NCBI GenBank assembly: GCA_030390025.1
Contig: CM059432.1
Span: forward strand, 128,838,001 to 128,902,000
Origin: Squalus acanthias
Lineage: Eukaryota
Direction: 5' to 3'
Length of the DNA: 64,000 bases
Shown here: positions 11,859-24,071 of the stretch, in pieces
How the letters are laid out: every line of letters starts with the position of its first letter
Position numbering within the stretch: position 1 is the stretch's first letter
Made by a program: the position numbers and the translations under genes
Notes under the pieces: model-generated
What the model was told of the DNA's origin: nothing
Seen by the model: the letters and a program-made list of their open reading frames with translations, nothing else
Database searches by the model: none

Positions 11859-13077
11859 GGGAACAGTGAGTGAGCGTTCCACTTGAAAAAAAACTATTAC
11901 TACCTTATGGAAATCTTGCTTCATCTCAAACTTTCTCTTTACTAATTTTTTCTGCACTGTAATGGCAAGGAATATTTTGGTTTTATGTTGTTACCAACAA
12001 AATGCAGACTTCCTGTTTAGTTAAAGATATAGAAATTATGCATCACAAAAGATTCTCTTATACTTAGCACATAATAATTACAACTAATGACTTTATTGAT
12101 GAGGACAACAATTTTTTTTTTTAACCGAGTATCAAATGCGCTTTTCCCATGTGAAACATGAGAGCCGTCCCGGCTTTGAGGAAACAATTAATCTTGTTCA
12201 GGTTCAGTTGTTTGAGGCAGAAGTAACCTAAATGGCCCTATTCATTCAGTGATGAATGCTATGCTATATTTAAGACACCCCACCGAGCAGAGAGGAATTT
12301 CTTGATCATCTCGACGGTGAGGACAATGAATTAGGTGCGACTTCTTCTAAAGGTCAAGAAACCAGCCCCCGAGCACATTGTGACTTGCTTTTATTGGATG
12401 TCTGTATTGCTAGTGAGTTGTCAGTAAAAATGACCAATGCTGTCCGAGTAAAGGCTTGGGCAGCAGCTTCTCACTATTTTAGAAACTGATAGCCTGCTCC
12501 TTTTATTCTATCAGTTCCGAAAATTGAGAGACCTCCCTAATACATTTCCAGAGATGGAGAGCATCTGGAGCTCCATACATCATTTACACTCTGCTGTATT
12601 CCTTGTGGCCAACAGCAGTAACAGAATTGAGTGTCACTACCGTTTCAATAAATCTACCTTGAAGAGCATTATACCTCTGTGAAACAGAATGCATTATTTC
12701 CCAGTAAAAGCCTCCTGCAGGATTATTATTCTCGGTGCATCTGACAATGTAATGGCAGGCAGATGTTATTAGGTGGGGGCTGTCAGATTAAAAGATACAA
12801 ATAAAAAGCTACTTTTATACTGTGTTTAGCGAGGTGCTGGGACTGCCTACTTCCAACACATGGTTCTCTCACAACCGACGGCAATCACAAGATAAAATTG
12901 CTGGATCTTCTAGGGCCGGTGGCTAGATAGACTTACTTTTACCATGAGCCAGCGGCCGTAGCACCCCACCGAACCCAATACAACACCATAGAAAGACTCA
13001 GCAGCTTGCAGGCCAGAGACACAGTCATTGGAAAACGAGGATTCGAGTGTAGCTGAGCGGATAAATGAAGTCAGTTG

Positions 13078-13590
13078 CAACAACAACAACTTGCATTTAT
13101 ATAGCGCCTTTAACATAGTAAAACGTCCCAAGGCGCTTCACAGGAGTATTAAAAGACAAAACATTTGACACCGAGCCACATAAGGAGAAATTAGGGCAGG
13201 TGACCAAATGCTTGGTCAAAGAGGTAGGTTTTAAGGAACGTCTTAAAAAAGGAAAGAGAGGTAGAGAGGCGGAGAGGTTTAGGGAGGGAATTCCAGAGCT
13301 TAGGGCCTATGCAACAGAAGGCACGGCCACCAATGGTTGAACGATTATAATCAAGGATGCTCAAGAGGGCAGAATTAGAGGAGCGCAGATATCTTGGGGG
13401 GCGGGGGGGGGGGGGCGCGGTGGTTGTGGAGCTGAAGGAGATTACGGAGATAGGGAGGGGCGAGGCCATGGAGGGATTTGAAAACAAGGATGAGAATTTT
13501 GAAATCGAGGCGTTGCTTAACGGGGAGCCAATGTAGGTCAGCGAGCACAGGGGTGATGGGTGAACGGGACTCGGTGCGAGTCAGGACACG
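13078..13590 (-). mobile_element. L2 LINE 3' end
   Basis: (TTG)n tail, 3' motif AAAGGCGCTATATAAATGCAAG, and ORF2 C-terminus GGRAF...PKLWNSLP...FKTFLKTYLF. Confidence 0.85.
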
Positions 13591-14363
13591 GAATCTTTCT
13601 TTATTTCAACCCCTTCCCCATGTCAATACTATTTAAACACATCAGCTTAGAAATTACTGTTGGTAACATTAGTGGACAGACGTTTAACATTTGCGTGAAA
13701 TTCATCCCTCTGCTATTTAATTAAAGGCATTAACCAATTAAAATGCATGCACTGATGCCTTTGCTATGATAGTGGAATATCGTACCATCACAATAAAGGG
13801 TTGGTCCATCAACATAGGCAATCTATATATCAAATGGAGTGCTGACCTGTCAAACACATGACTCCAGTGGTATTCAAGAGGAAACTGTCCACTTGTAAAG
13901 AATTTAATTGCTGATTTGGTGTGGCCTTATTTCTGTTGACAATTTGTTAACGTCAGCCAATTACAATTTTCTGATGATGGATGTGTGATGCCATGGAGGT
14001 GTGAAGCCTGACATTCTAGGACAGTAAATGTGTTCATTTTCCTGGATAATACTATTCTTTGCCTTTGGCAGTAGCTGATTAAAATTGGAAACAAAATCCT
14101 TTTACCTGATGTTTACCATTATTGCCAGGTTAAAATCATGCAAAATAATACTTGCCAAATGGAATAACCAAACTCTGTTCCTGCCAGCTGAGCCCATTGT
14201 AACTTTGGTCTCGAATCATGATGGTGTGAAGTACACTCTCTTCTTGCAACACAATTCACAGCTTTACTGAAAAATTACTGCCTATAATACCAGTGTTAGC
14301 AGTAGTATTGGAGAATTCAATCTACAAGGATAAAACTCCCCAAAATAGTAAATAAAACTCCAT

Positions 14364-15020
14364 AGGACAGATTTTCCTCTTCTCAGCGCTCAATTTCCAG
14401 GCGTTATGCAGCGGAAAATGGACAGACCTCCCTTGCCACATCTCTCCACCCATTCCGTTGCCCTGGGGCTTCTGTGACTTTTCTAAATGGGCAGACCTGG
14501 ACCTGCGCCTGCAAGAGGTGCAAGCCCAGCGTTGCTAGGGAAATGAGGTGAGGGAGGGGTGGGACATTCCCAGCGCCTCCACCTTCATTCCCTCCACCTA
14601 TGTCCGTGGGGTGCCCAATCGCAAGGTTTCCCGGGAAGTGTGCATTTGAGCTTGTATTGGGACCCTCATCAGACTGGAACGTCCAGCAAGAAGCCGAGGA
14701 GGAGCACCACAAGCAACGAAATAAGATTTTCACTTTTTCCAACAAGATCTTCGGGTCTTGCGGCCTTCTAGCTGTCGCTCTCCAGTGGTGGCCAAGACAG
14801 CAACTACAGGTTTCTCAGGCCTGCAGATGTGCTCATGCTTCCACCCTGGGCTCTTAGCACAAGGCCCTGCCAGGAGGCAGGCCTGCACTGCAGGTGCTCC
14901 TGGGCCATGCTAATAGCTTGAAGCAGCAAAATCAGATGGAGAGAGGCCTTGATAGGCTCAGTGTACTCCTGGCACACTGCACCCGTCTAGCGCCTGGTAA
15001 GGGCAAAGGAAATTGGTCCT
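14364..15020. mobile_element. Harbinger-type MITE (degenerate)
   Basis: Imperfect TIRs AGGACAGATTTTCCT / AGGAAATTGGTCCT and TSD CAT. Confidence 0.6.
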
Positions 15021-15073
15021 CATAAGTCATCTCCGCTGCACAACACCAAAGGCAGCTCATCTAAATATGTGAC

Positions 15074-15166
15074 GAAAGGTCATCGACCTGAAACGTTAAC
15101 TCTCTTTCTCTCTCCACGGATGCTGCCTGGCCTGCTGAGTTTTTCCAGCGTTTTCTGTTGTTATTT
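15074..15166 (+). mobile_element. Very short Penelope-like 3' terminal insertion with a partial hammerhead
   Basis: TSD TAAATATGTGAC at 15062-15073 and 15167-15178. Sequence nearly identical to 34687-34782. Confidence 0.85.
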
Positions 15167-15957
15167 TAAATATGTGACCTGTCAGGCTTCACACCTCCAT
15201 AGCATCGCACATCCATCAACAGAAAATTGTAATTGGCTGAAGTTAACAAATATCTGATTGACTAAATGGAACAAAACACAGAAATAAGGGAAAAGTACCA
15301 AGGAGATGCAAGTAACCAGCAAAAGCCAAGCAACCAATTCTTTCAATTAATTTTTTTCAAAACTACCATGAATGAGTTAACAATCACCACACAATCAACC
15401 ACATTTTTCAAATAACTTCTTTAAATGTTTCCAACTGCCATTTGCTTTCTGAACTCAAGTCAGTGTGGACAGCTAGAAATAACGGGGGAGAAATTGGGCA
15501 CCTTAGCGCCTCCTGTTAGCACCTCCAGGGGGCGCTAATGGGGCGTTACTGGCTTAGCGATCGGGTGCGGCGATAGTACCGACGCCTGCGAAACTGAAGT
15601 GGAGTTTTGCGGCGGAGGTAACCACTAGCGCCACGATCTCCTGCGGCCAGACATCATGACGTCATCCGGGTGCGCAGCGCCCCAGCTCTGAAATTCACTT
15701 TCGCCCCCTGCCTGAGCGCCTGCCGTTAGCAACGACAGGTAGAGGAGGCGGAATGCAGTCGGATGAGCGCTGGAGGAGCGCGATACAAAGGCGTCAACTT
15801 CTGGGGTTTTTTGTCGGCAAAAAATGCTGCCTTGTCGGTTTGACAAAAGCAAACAGGCGTTTTGAGCGATTTGAGCCTTCTCAACTCAATTCTGGCTGAG
15901 AAAAATGTATCACTTTCATTTGGGCTACATTTGATAGTGCAATATTTCCACAATTTA

Positions 15958-16995
15958 ATGGGGGCTGTACTGGCACTGGGCCTCGTCCTCCAGCGTCACT
16001 GTTGGAGGCAGCAGAGGCAGAGAGAAAGATTGCAAAATGTGGCCAGAGGGAGGAGGGCCAACAGGGATCTCCACAGGAGGCCTTACCCTCCCAGGGTATT
16101 CCAGCAGCATTTCTCCTACATCAATCTCACTGAGGAGCAGTGTGTTAGAAGGCTCTGCTTCACCAAGGACATGGTCACAGAGCTCTGCCACCTCCTGCAG
16201 CCAGACCTCGAGCCTCACATCAGGAGCACCACGGCTCTCTCAGTGGCTGTCAAGGTCACCGTCGCCCTCAATTTCTACGCCAGCGGATCCTTCCAGTGTG
16301 CAGCAGGAGACATATCTAACATATCACAGTTCGCCGTCCATTGCTGCATCCGCGAGGTCACAGATGCTCTGTACGGAAGGAGAAGGGACTACATTTCCTT
16401 CCCCATGACCAGAGAGAAGCAGCGCTTTGCCAGGATAGCGGGCTTCCCCATGATTCAGGGCACCATTGACTGCGCCCACGTCGCTTTGCGGGCACCTCAT
16501 AACAATCCTGAGGTATTCCGTAACCGCAAAGGCTACCACTCACTTAATGTGCAGCTGGTATGCGACCACACACAGCACATCCTCACCGTCAATGCCCGCT
16601 ATCCTGGCAGCAGCCACGATGAGTGACATGCTGCCACCAGGAACATCATTGAGCAGACCATCGGGGTGCTCAAGCAATGGTTCTGCTGCCTTGACCGTTC
16701 GGAGGAGCCCTCCAGTACTCGGCTGAGCGGATGTCCCTTTTCGTCGTCGTCTGCTGCATGCTGCACAACTTGGCCATCATGAGGGTGCATCCATTGCCAC
16801 CAGGCATAGCGGCACCACCTCAGGAGGAGGAAGAGAAGGAGGAGGAGGAGGACGAGGATGATGAGGAGGACGTGGATGAAGACGAGGAGGAGGAGGAACA
16901 GGAGCACGAACAGCAGTGACGGAGGATCCAGCCACTCCATCGGCCTTGTGGAAGGGCGGCCCGTGACTGCCTCATCAGACTGCGGGTTCAATGAA
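15958..16995 (+). pseudogene. Harbinger transposase with internal deletion
   Basis: Reads MGAVL...[39 protein letters not shown], then jumps at ~16620 to HAATRNIIEQTIG. About 50 codons including GDxGY are missing relative to element A. Later frameshifts and an acidic tail follow. Confidence 0.9.
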
Positions 16996-17199
16996 TTTGA
17001 GGCCACTTCCTGGTTGCTCATCCAGTCCCCATCATTCCATCAATTTCTCATTCCATACCACACCCCAAACCTGAAATGAGACACAGCACCATTTCTGCAA
17101 CATTCCAATAAGAAATTTATCCAAATTCAACAACCACATATATACAGCAACAATATTAACTGATCACCCTTGTGCAAACCCTTACTTGCCCTCTTTACA

Positions 17200-19037
17200 G
17201 TGCCTTTTCCTAATCTAGTGCTCCTGCATAGTGTCTCCCAGTGGCTGCAGCAGGGCTGGTGGAAGGCTGCTGAGTGTCGGTCCCAGAGACTTCAGATGGC
17301 CTTGCAGGACGCCCTCGACCAGCTCTGGGCCTGGAAGGCCCGGCTGTACACTGCGCCACCTCAGGATGGGTGGCGGCAGTCTGGGCTGGCTGGATGACAG
17401 GCAGCGACAAGGGCAATGGTGGATGGCAGTGGTGGGAGCAGGAATGCTGTCATCCTGAGAGAGGACAGCAGGTTCTGCTCCATTGACACACTGTCACTCC
17501 CCCGGGGCAGCACCTCAGCATCCTCACCAATCTACTGCATCACAAGATTGCTGGCCTGCTGCGACACCGTGAGATCCCTGGTGGACTGTGGTGGTCCCAG
17601 CGATGATGGCAGCAGTCAGAGCTTGCGTGACATCAAGCTGAGACTGCATGAGAGCCTGTCTGAGACTGGATGACATCAACCATTGACTGCATTACAGCAC
17701 TAAGACGTTGCGTAGCTTCTGCCTGTGCTGCAATGGATGCTGCCACATCGCCCATCACACGTGGCAAGAGGTCTGGGTCCCCACAGTCTCTCAGGGAGTC
17801 CACCATCCTTCGCAGACTGCCAAGCATGGGCTCCATGGTGTGCGCTGAGCTCTGTGCAATGTTGGAGGCGGACTCCTCCACGCTCCTTACCATTGCCGAC
17901 AGGCTCTCGGGCACCCTTGCCAATGTACCTATCATATCAGTGTGCATGCCCATCAGCCTTCTTGTGAACGCCTCCCCATCGAGGTCCTCATCTGAGTCCT
18001 GTGCAGCAGAACTCGCGTGCGAACTCGCTCTCTGGGGAGCTGGCTCCCGAGCTACCCTTTCCCACTGGCCTTGCTGCAGCCCGCTCGTCACCCAGTGCAG
18101 ACCCCTCTACTAAACCAGCCTCTAAAGATCGCGCAGTGCCAGTATCTGAGGTGGTGCCTGCGGGTGAGAGATGCAGTGACGCGGTGCTTTGCTCCTCCTC
18201 CTCTTCTCCTTCCTCTCTCAGTGGGAGGCTCAGGAATAGGCTGGTCATCTGGTTGCTGATTCTCTGAAAGCATAAAGGCACAAGACTCGCGGTAAGGTGA
18301 GGGAAGGGGGGGCAGGAAGGGAGCAAGGAATGCAGACATTCTCAGGAGGTGGAAAGTGGGAAAGTCTTCTGGTGTGAGGGGGAAGTGGGATGAGAGAAGG
18401 AGAGGGGATGACCATACCATTGTTGCCCCCAAGGGGGTTGCGTTGCTGATGGCTACGCGGCCCACCACCTGCTGACCAATGAGTCGCAGCACTCGCTCCT
18501 CAGGTCTGAGAGCTGCTGGAGCTGCGCATCACCCCCGCCTGTTCTCTGCTGCTCCCTCCTATTGTGAGCCATCTTGGCCTGCAAGACAAACAGATGTGTG
18601 TGAGTCAGAGTCCAGCTTTGTGTTTAGGAGATATGCCTGCCATAGTTGAATAGCTGTGATTGTAGGCAAGGCGTGAGATGTGGATGTGAGTTTGAGTAGG
18701 TGCAGATGCTTGGTGGGTGAGTGGTTGTTTGTGCAGTGTGCACAGACTGAGGTTCAGATGCTGGTATGTAGCACCTGTTGAAGCATGTACTCACCTTGAC
18801 CACCCGAGTGAGGTCGTTGAATTTCTTCCGGCACTACGTCAGGCTGCGTACAACCACACTACTGGCCGAGACCTCCTGGCCCACTTCCCTTCACATTGCC
18901 CGGAATACCTGGGGCAATGGCCTCCTTCCAGTGTCCGGGAACAACACTGCCCTCCTTCGCTCCACTCCCGCGACCAATGCCTCCAATGCCTCGTCCATGA
19001 AACGATGAGCTCTCTCCCTGGGAGTGGGATCAGCCAT
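17200..19037 (-). pseudogene. Harbinger Myb/SANT-like gene; exons ~19037-18795, 18578-18418, 18263-~17200
   Basis: Reads MADPTPRERAHRFMDEALEALV...CRKKFNDLTRVVK|GTGAGT; exon 2 AKMAHNRREQQRTGGG. Intron positions match element A. Internal stops are present. Confidence 0.85.
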
Positions 19038-19200
19038 CACGATCAGGGGATTGAGTTCCTTGCAGGTTGCCTTCACAGCCAGCGCTGCTGATAATGAGGA
19101 CCTGCACAATGATACAATCTCCCCTTTAAGAGCTGGAAGGGGCCAGTGTGAAGGATCATTCCCGACTGCATAGCACCTGAAATTCATTATTGCTCTGCTG

Positions 19201-21477
19201 GTAGCCCCCCTCTAGCCTCCCTCTAGTGTCTCTCTAGCCCCCCTCTAGCCTCCCTCTAGCCCCCTCTAGCCCCCCTCTAGCCTCCCTCTAGCCCCCTCTA
19301 GCCCCCTGTAGCCCCCCTCTAGCCCCCCTCCCCCCTCTAGCGCCCCTCTAGCCCCCCTGTAGCCCCCCTCTAGCCCCCTCTAGTCCCCCTCTAGCGCCCC
19401 TCTAGTCCCCCTCTAGCCCCCTCTAGCCCCCTCTAGCCCCCTCTAGCCCCCCTCCCCCCTCTAGCGCCCCTCTAGCCCCCCTGTAGCCCCCCTCTAGCCC
19501 CCTCTAGTCCCCCTCTAGCCCCCTCTAGCCCCCCTCTAGCCCCCCTGTAGCCCCCCTCTAGCGCCCCTCTAGCCCCCCTCTAGTGTCTCTCTAGCCCCCT
19601 CTAGCCTCCCTCTAGCCCCCCTCTAGCCCCCCTCCCCCCTCTAGCGCCCCTCTAGCCCCCCTGTAGCCCCCCTCTAGCCCCCCTCCCCCCTCTAGCGCCC
19701 CTCTAGCCCCCCTGTAGCCCCCCTCTAGCCCCCCTCCCCCCTCTAGCGCCCCTCTAGCCCCCCTGTAGCCCCCCTCTAGCCCCCTCTAGTCCCCCTCTAG
19801 CCCCCTCTAGCCCCCCTCTAGCGCCCCTCTAGTCCCCCTCTAGCCCCCTCTAGCGCCCCTCTAGCCCCCTCTAGTCCCCCTGTAGCCCCCTCTAGGGCCC
19901 CTCTAGTCCCCCTCTAGCCCCCTCTAGCCCCCTCTAGCCCCCTCTAGCCCCCCTCCCCCCTCTAGCGCCCCTCTAGCCCCCCTGTAGCCCCCCTCTAGTC
20001 CCCCTCTAGTCCCCCTCTAGCCCCCTCTAGCCCCCCTCTAGCCCCCCTCTAGCGCCCCTCTAGTCCCCCTCTAGCCCCCCTCTAGCGCCCCTCTAGTCCC
20101 CCTCTAGCCCCCCTCTAGCGCCCCTCTAGTCCCCCTCTAGCCCCCCTCTAGCGCCCCTCTAGCCCCCTCTAGTCCCCCTGTAGCCCCCTCTAGCGCCCCT
20201 CTAGCCCCCCTCTAGTCCCCCTCTAGCCCCCTCTAGCCCCCTCTAGCGCCCCTCTAGCCCCCCTGTAGCCCCCCTCTAGTCCCCCTCTAGTCCCCCTCTA
20301 GCCCCCTCTAGCCCCCCTCTAGCCCCCTCTAGCGCCCCTCTAGCCCCCCTGTAGCCCCCCTCTAGTCCCCCTCTAGTCCCCCTCTAGCCCCCTCTAGCCC
20401 CCCTCTAGCCCCCCTCTAGCCCCCCTCTAGCGCCCCTCTAGCGCCCCTCTAGTCCCCCTCTAGCCCCCCTCCTCCCTCTAGCGCCCCTCTAGCCCCCCTC
20501 CTCCCTCTAGCGCCCCTCTAGCCCCCTCTAGCCCCCCTCTAGCCCCCCTCTAGCGCCCCTCTAGTCCCCCTCTAGCCCCCCTCTAGCGCCCCTCTAGCGC
20601 CCCTCTAGTCCCCCTCTAGCCCCCCTCTAGCGCCCCTCTAGCCCCCCTCTAGCGCCCCTCTAGTCCCCCTCTAGCCTCCCTCTAGCGCCCCTCTAGTCCC
20701 CCTCTAGCCCCCCTCTAGCGCCCCTCTAGTCCCCCTCTAGCCCCCCTCTAGCGCCCCTCTAGTCCCCCTCTAGCCCCCCTCTAGCGCCCCTCTAGCCCCC
20801 CTCTAGCGCCCCTCTAGCGCCCCTCTAGTCCCCCTCTAGCCCCCCTCTAGCGCCCCTCTAGCCCCCCTCCTCCCTCTAGCGCCCCTCTAGCCCCCTCTAG
20901 CCTTCCTCTAGCCCCCCTCTAGCCCCCCTCTAGCGCCCCTCTAGTCCCCCTCTAGCCCCCCTCTAGCCCCCCTCTAGCGCCCCTCTAGTCCCCCTCTAGC
21001 CCCCCTCTAGCGCCCCTCTAGCGCCCCTCTAGTCCCCCTCTAGCCCCCCTCTAGCGCCCCTCTAGCCCCCCTCTAGCGCCCCTCTAGCGCCCCTCTAGTC
21101 CCCCTCTAGCCTCCCTCTAGCCCCCCTCTAGCGCCCCTCTAGTCCCCCTCTAGCCCCCCTCTAGCCCCCCTCTAGCGCCCCTCTAGACCCCCTCTAGTCC
21201 CCCTCTAGCCTCCCTCTAGCCCCCCTCTAGCGCCCCTCTAGCGCCCCTCTAGTCCCCCTCTAGCCCCCCTCTAGCCCCCCTCTAGCCCCCCTCTAGCCCC
21301 CCTCTAGCGCCCCTCTAGCGCCCCTCTAGTCCCCCTCTAGCCCCCCTCTAGCCCCCCTCTAGCCCCCCTCTAGCCCCCCTCTAGCCCCCCTCTAGCGCCC
21401 CTCTAGCGCCCCTCTAGTCCCCCTCTAGCCTCCCTCTAGCCCCCCTCTAGCCCCCCTCTAGCCCCCCTCTAGCGCCC
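19201..21477. repeat. ~2.3-kb tandem array of 10-11-nt units (GCCCCCCTCTA / GCGCCCCTCTA / GTCCCCCTCTA)
   Basis: Directly visible. Lies inside the right subterminal region of Harbinger B. Confidence 0.97.
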
Positions 21478-21649
21478 TGTTTAGGTCATTAGCGCTTGAC
21501 TTACCGCTCCAGCTCTTTCCAGCAGCGCTAAAAGCCAATTTAGGGAAACCTCAGATTCATTAGCGCCTGGTGCTAATTTTTCACGATTTCAAAATTTAGC
21601 GCCCAAATGGGGTGATACTGAATTTCTCCCCCAACATTTATAACGCAGG

Positions 21650-21822
21650 TGTGGCAACCTAATAGTTATGGTACTAGACTAGCAAACCAGAGGTCATGAG
21701 TTCAAATTGACCTATGACAAGTTGTGAAATTGAATTAAATAAGTCTAATAATTTGTGAGCCTGCACCAGAAAATAACCCTGAAAGCTACTGGATTGCCAT
21801 TAAAAACCCAACGTTCAATGCA
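21650..21822 (+). mobile_element. Degenerate tRNA-derived SINE 5' part (family of 51054-51440)
   Basis: GTTATGGTACTAGACTAG...CCAGAGG...GAGTTCAAAT and ...GGATTG...AAAAACCCA match the minus strand of 51054-51440. Confidence 0.55.
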
Positions 21823-21839
21823 TCTACGCTATTTATCTC

Positions 21840-21977
21840 AACCCCTCCATGTGGTACAGCTTTCCACACTCCCAGCACTCTGAGTAAAGACGTTTACCCT
21901 GAATTCCTTATTGGATTTTTTAGTGACTATCTTATATTTATGACCCCTGGTTTTGGACCCTCCCACAAGTGGAAACT
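21840..21977 (-). mobile_element. CR1 ORF2 fragment
   Basis: Translation FPLVGGSKTRGHKYKI...FTQ resembles the CR1 C-termini at 26806 and 53747. Confidence 0.65.
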
Positions 21978-22698
21978 GTATAATGTAAATCCCTGTTAAT
22001 TGGGAACTTTTTGCCCAGTTTACAAGCTTTGCCATTGTGGCAGCCCAAATCACCTTCATCTTCCATATGAGGTATCTACTGTTTCTACAACTTATCCAAA
22101 TACTGCAAAGTGAAAGTGGTTATAGTGCGCCAGTGATTGGCACCGTATAACTATGGGACACAGGTTTGATCCCCATTCTGCTAAGCTGCTGATCTCGAGC
22201 TGACTGCTGTGTGGAGGAATTGAGCCAGGCCTTTCTGCAGAGATCATATAACATTGGATCGGGAGGTTGGCCAAGAATAGGCTGCAAGCAGTAGGGCGGG
22301 ACAAGCAAGGAGAGACGATTGGGGCAAAAGAAGCTGTGTGCTCTCAACAGGAAGATAACAGACCCTAAATTAGATTTTAAAGAACGCAACATGAAAAAAC
22401 GTACTTCTTGGAAAATATCCTATTGCAATTAAAAGGGTGTAAGATTGTATGTCTTACTAAAAGTTTACTCTCGATTCCAGACGAGCGTACATTGTATAAC
22501 AAACATATGACTCACTTAAAAGGAATTAACCACGTTAATCTACAGTTTCATTGTTACATTATTAAAGAAAAGACCGCCAGGTAAGTGAAAGAGAAAAAGC
22601 AAATTCAAGCTCCAAGTATTTTTCAATGACAATGAATGTGGCTTTTGATCTGCTGTGAGATATAATGGTGAGACTGGAGTTTATCTGTGTGTACATTG

Positions 22699-22726
<28 letters not shown>
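22699..22726. repeat. (GT)n microsatellite
   Basis: About 14 GT units. Confidence 0.95.
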
Positions 22727-22729
<3 letters not shown>

Positions 22730-24071
22730 AAATGGAGAAGAATGTCAGCCCCTTATGAGGGACTTGCTTTGTGTGCTATGTGTAGTGAACACGTTCTTAA
22801 TAAACTCATTTACAATTTCATTACATATTGTGCACAGATTTTTTGTTTTACAGTGGTTCAATAAAGATTATAATTTGCCTATATCCATCATAAAGATTTA
22901 GCCATAAAGTCAATAAAATGGGAATTATGAAAGAAGGACATAGAAGTAAACATTTTTGTTTCACTGACTACTCTTTTAGGACGAGATGCGGGTCAGGAAA
23001 AAATAGATTTGCACTCTTGTGAAAACACTGTAAAAAGCTACGCATGGATTGTGTAGTGTTTATTACCTAATATCAGCAACGCTCCAAAGACACAATAGTA
23101 ACACATGGACAATATTAGTGCAGAGTTGGTAAATTTAATAAATTAAATACATCATAAGACATCTATGTCTTTTTTAAGAGAGGAACTGTACACAGAACAA
23201 TTTTGTTATTATTTCTGAAATCTGAATATTATAAATCCAAATTATTTATTACACACACTATTGCTGACAGATGCCCGTGCTATTAATCACTTGCCATCTG
23301 TCACTGGGTGGCGATCAATGAAGTGATACCTCATCCTTCTGCAGAGAGCCATACGTAATCTCAGTTTACAAAATACACTGAAATGGAATCTGCGGACAGA
23401 TAACCATCAGCAGGAAGGTCTCCAGACAAATTAGCCAGGGAAAAAAAATATGAGCCCACACAACTTCAGATCAAGTTCAGTTAAAGCTTTCTGGACGGGT
23501 CAGGGGGGCATCAGTGGATGGCATTACATTCGGAAAAGCTTTTTTAAAAAAAAAAAGTAAACATAATTGTACAACCGTCTCCAACTAAACGGACATGTTT
23601 CTGCTTTTGATCTAGAAAGTGAAAAACAAAATGTTGTTTGGTTATGAATGAGTTTATGATAAAATAGTTACAAAATTTGTCAGTAGCGGTTTCTTGAATT
23701 TTTCTGTTGTTGATTTATATTTATACTGAATCGGCTGTTAATTTGGAATATGTATAATCAGGTAACACTAATTGAATCTGTGTACGGTCTATTGTGCAGA
23801 TTATTCTGTCTTTTTGAGTTAGGTGCAGTGCCAATTAGACACCAGTGATAATGATAAACATTTAATTACATAAATTTATACCCATGGTTACTTCATTTAT
23901 TTTCCTTCTCTTATTATATCCTTCAATGTTATTTGCCCTCCAGTCAAGAAGGCCTGTATCATATTCTGACTGGCTACTGGCCCAGTTGAGGTTGAGGACC
24001 CTGATAACAAAATCCTTCAAAGATTAGAAACATTTAATCTGGCAACGATGAGTCTGTCAGACTGACATATA

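Larger units (their letters stand above)
15484..21632 (+). mobile_element. PIF/Harbinger DNA transposon B
   Basis: Perfect TIRs GGGGGAGAAATT / AATTTCTCCCCC and TSD AAC. Contains a transposase (+), a Myb-like gene (-) and an internal tandem array. Confidence 0.93.

Noticed and set aside
12100..14330. Conserved non-coding enhancers in TE-poor stretches (also 22900-24050)
   Set aside because: Only an impression from composition; it cannot be supported without cross-species alignment.
19201..21477. Interstitial telomeric repeat
   Set aside because: The unit is 10-11 nt and CTCTAG-based, not TTAGGG/CCCTAA, and it is enclosed in a transposon.
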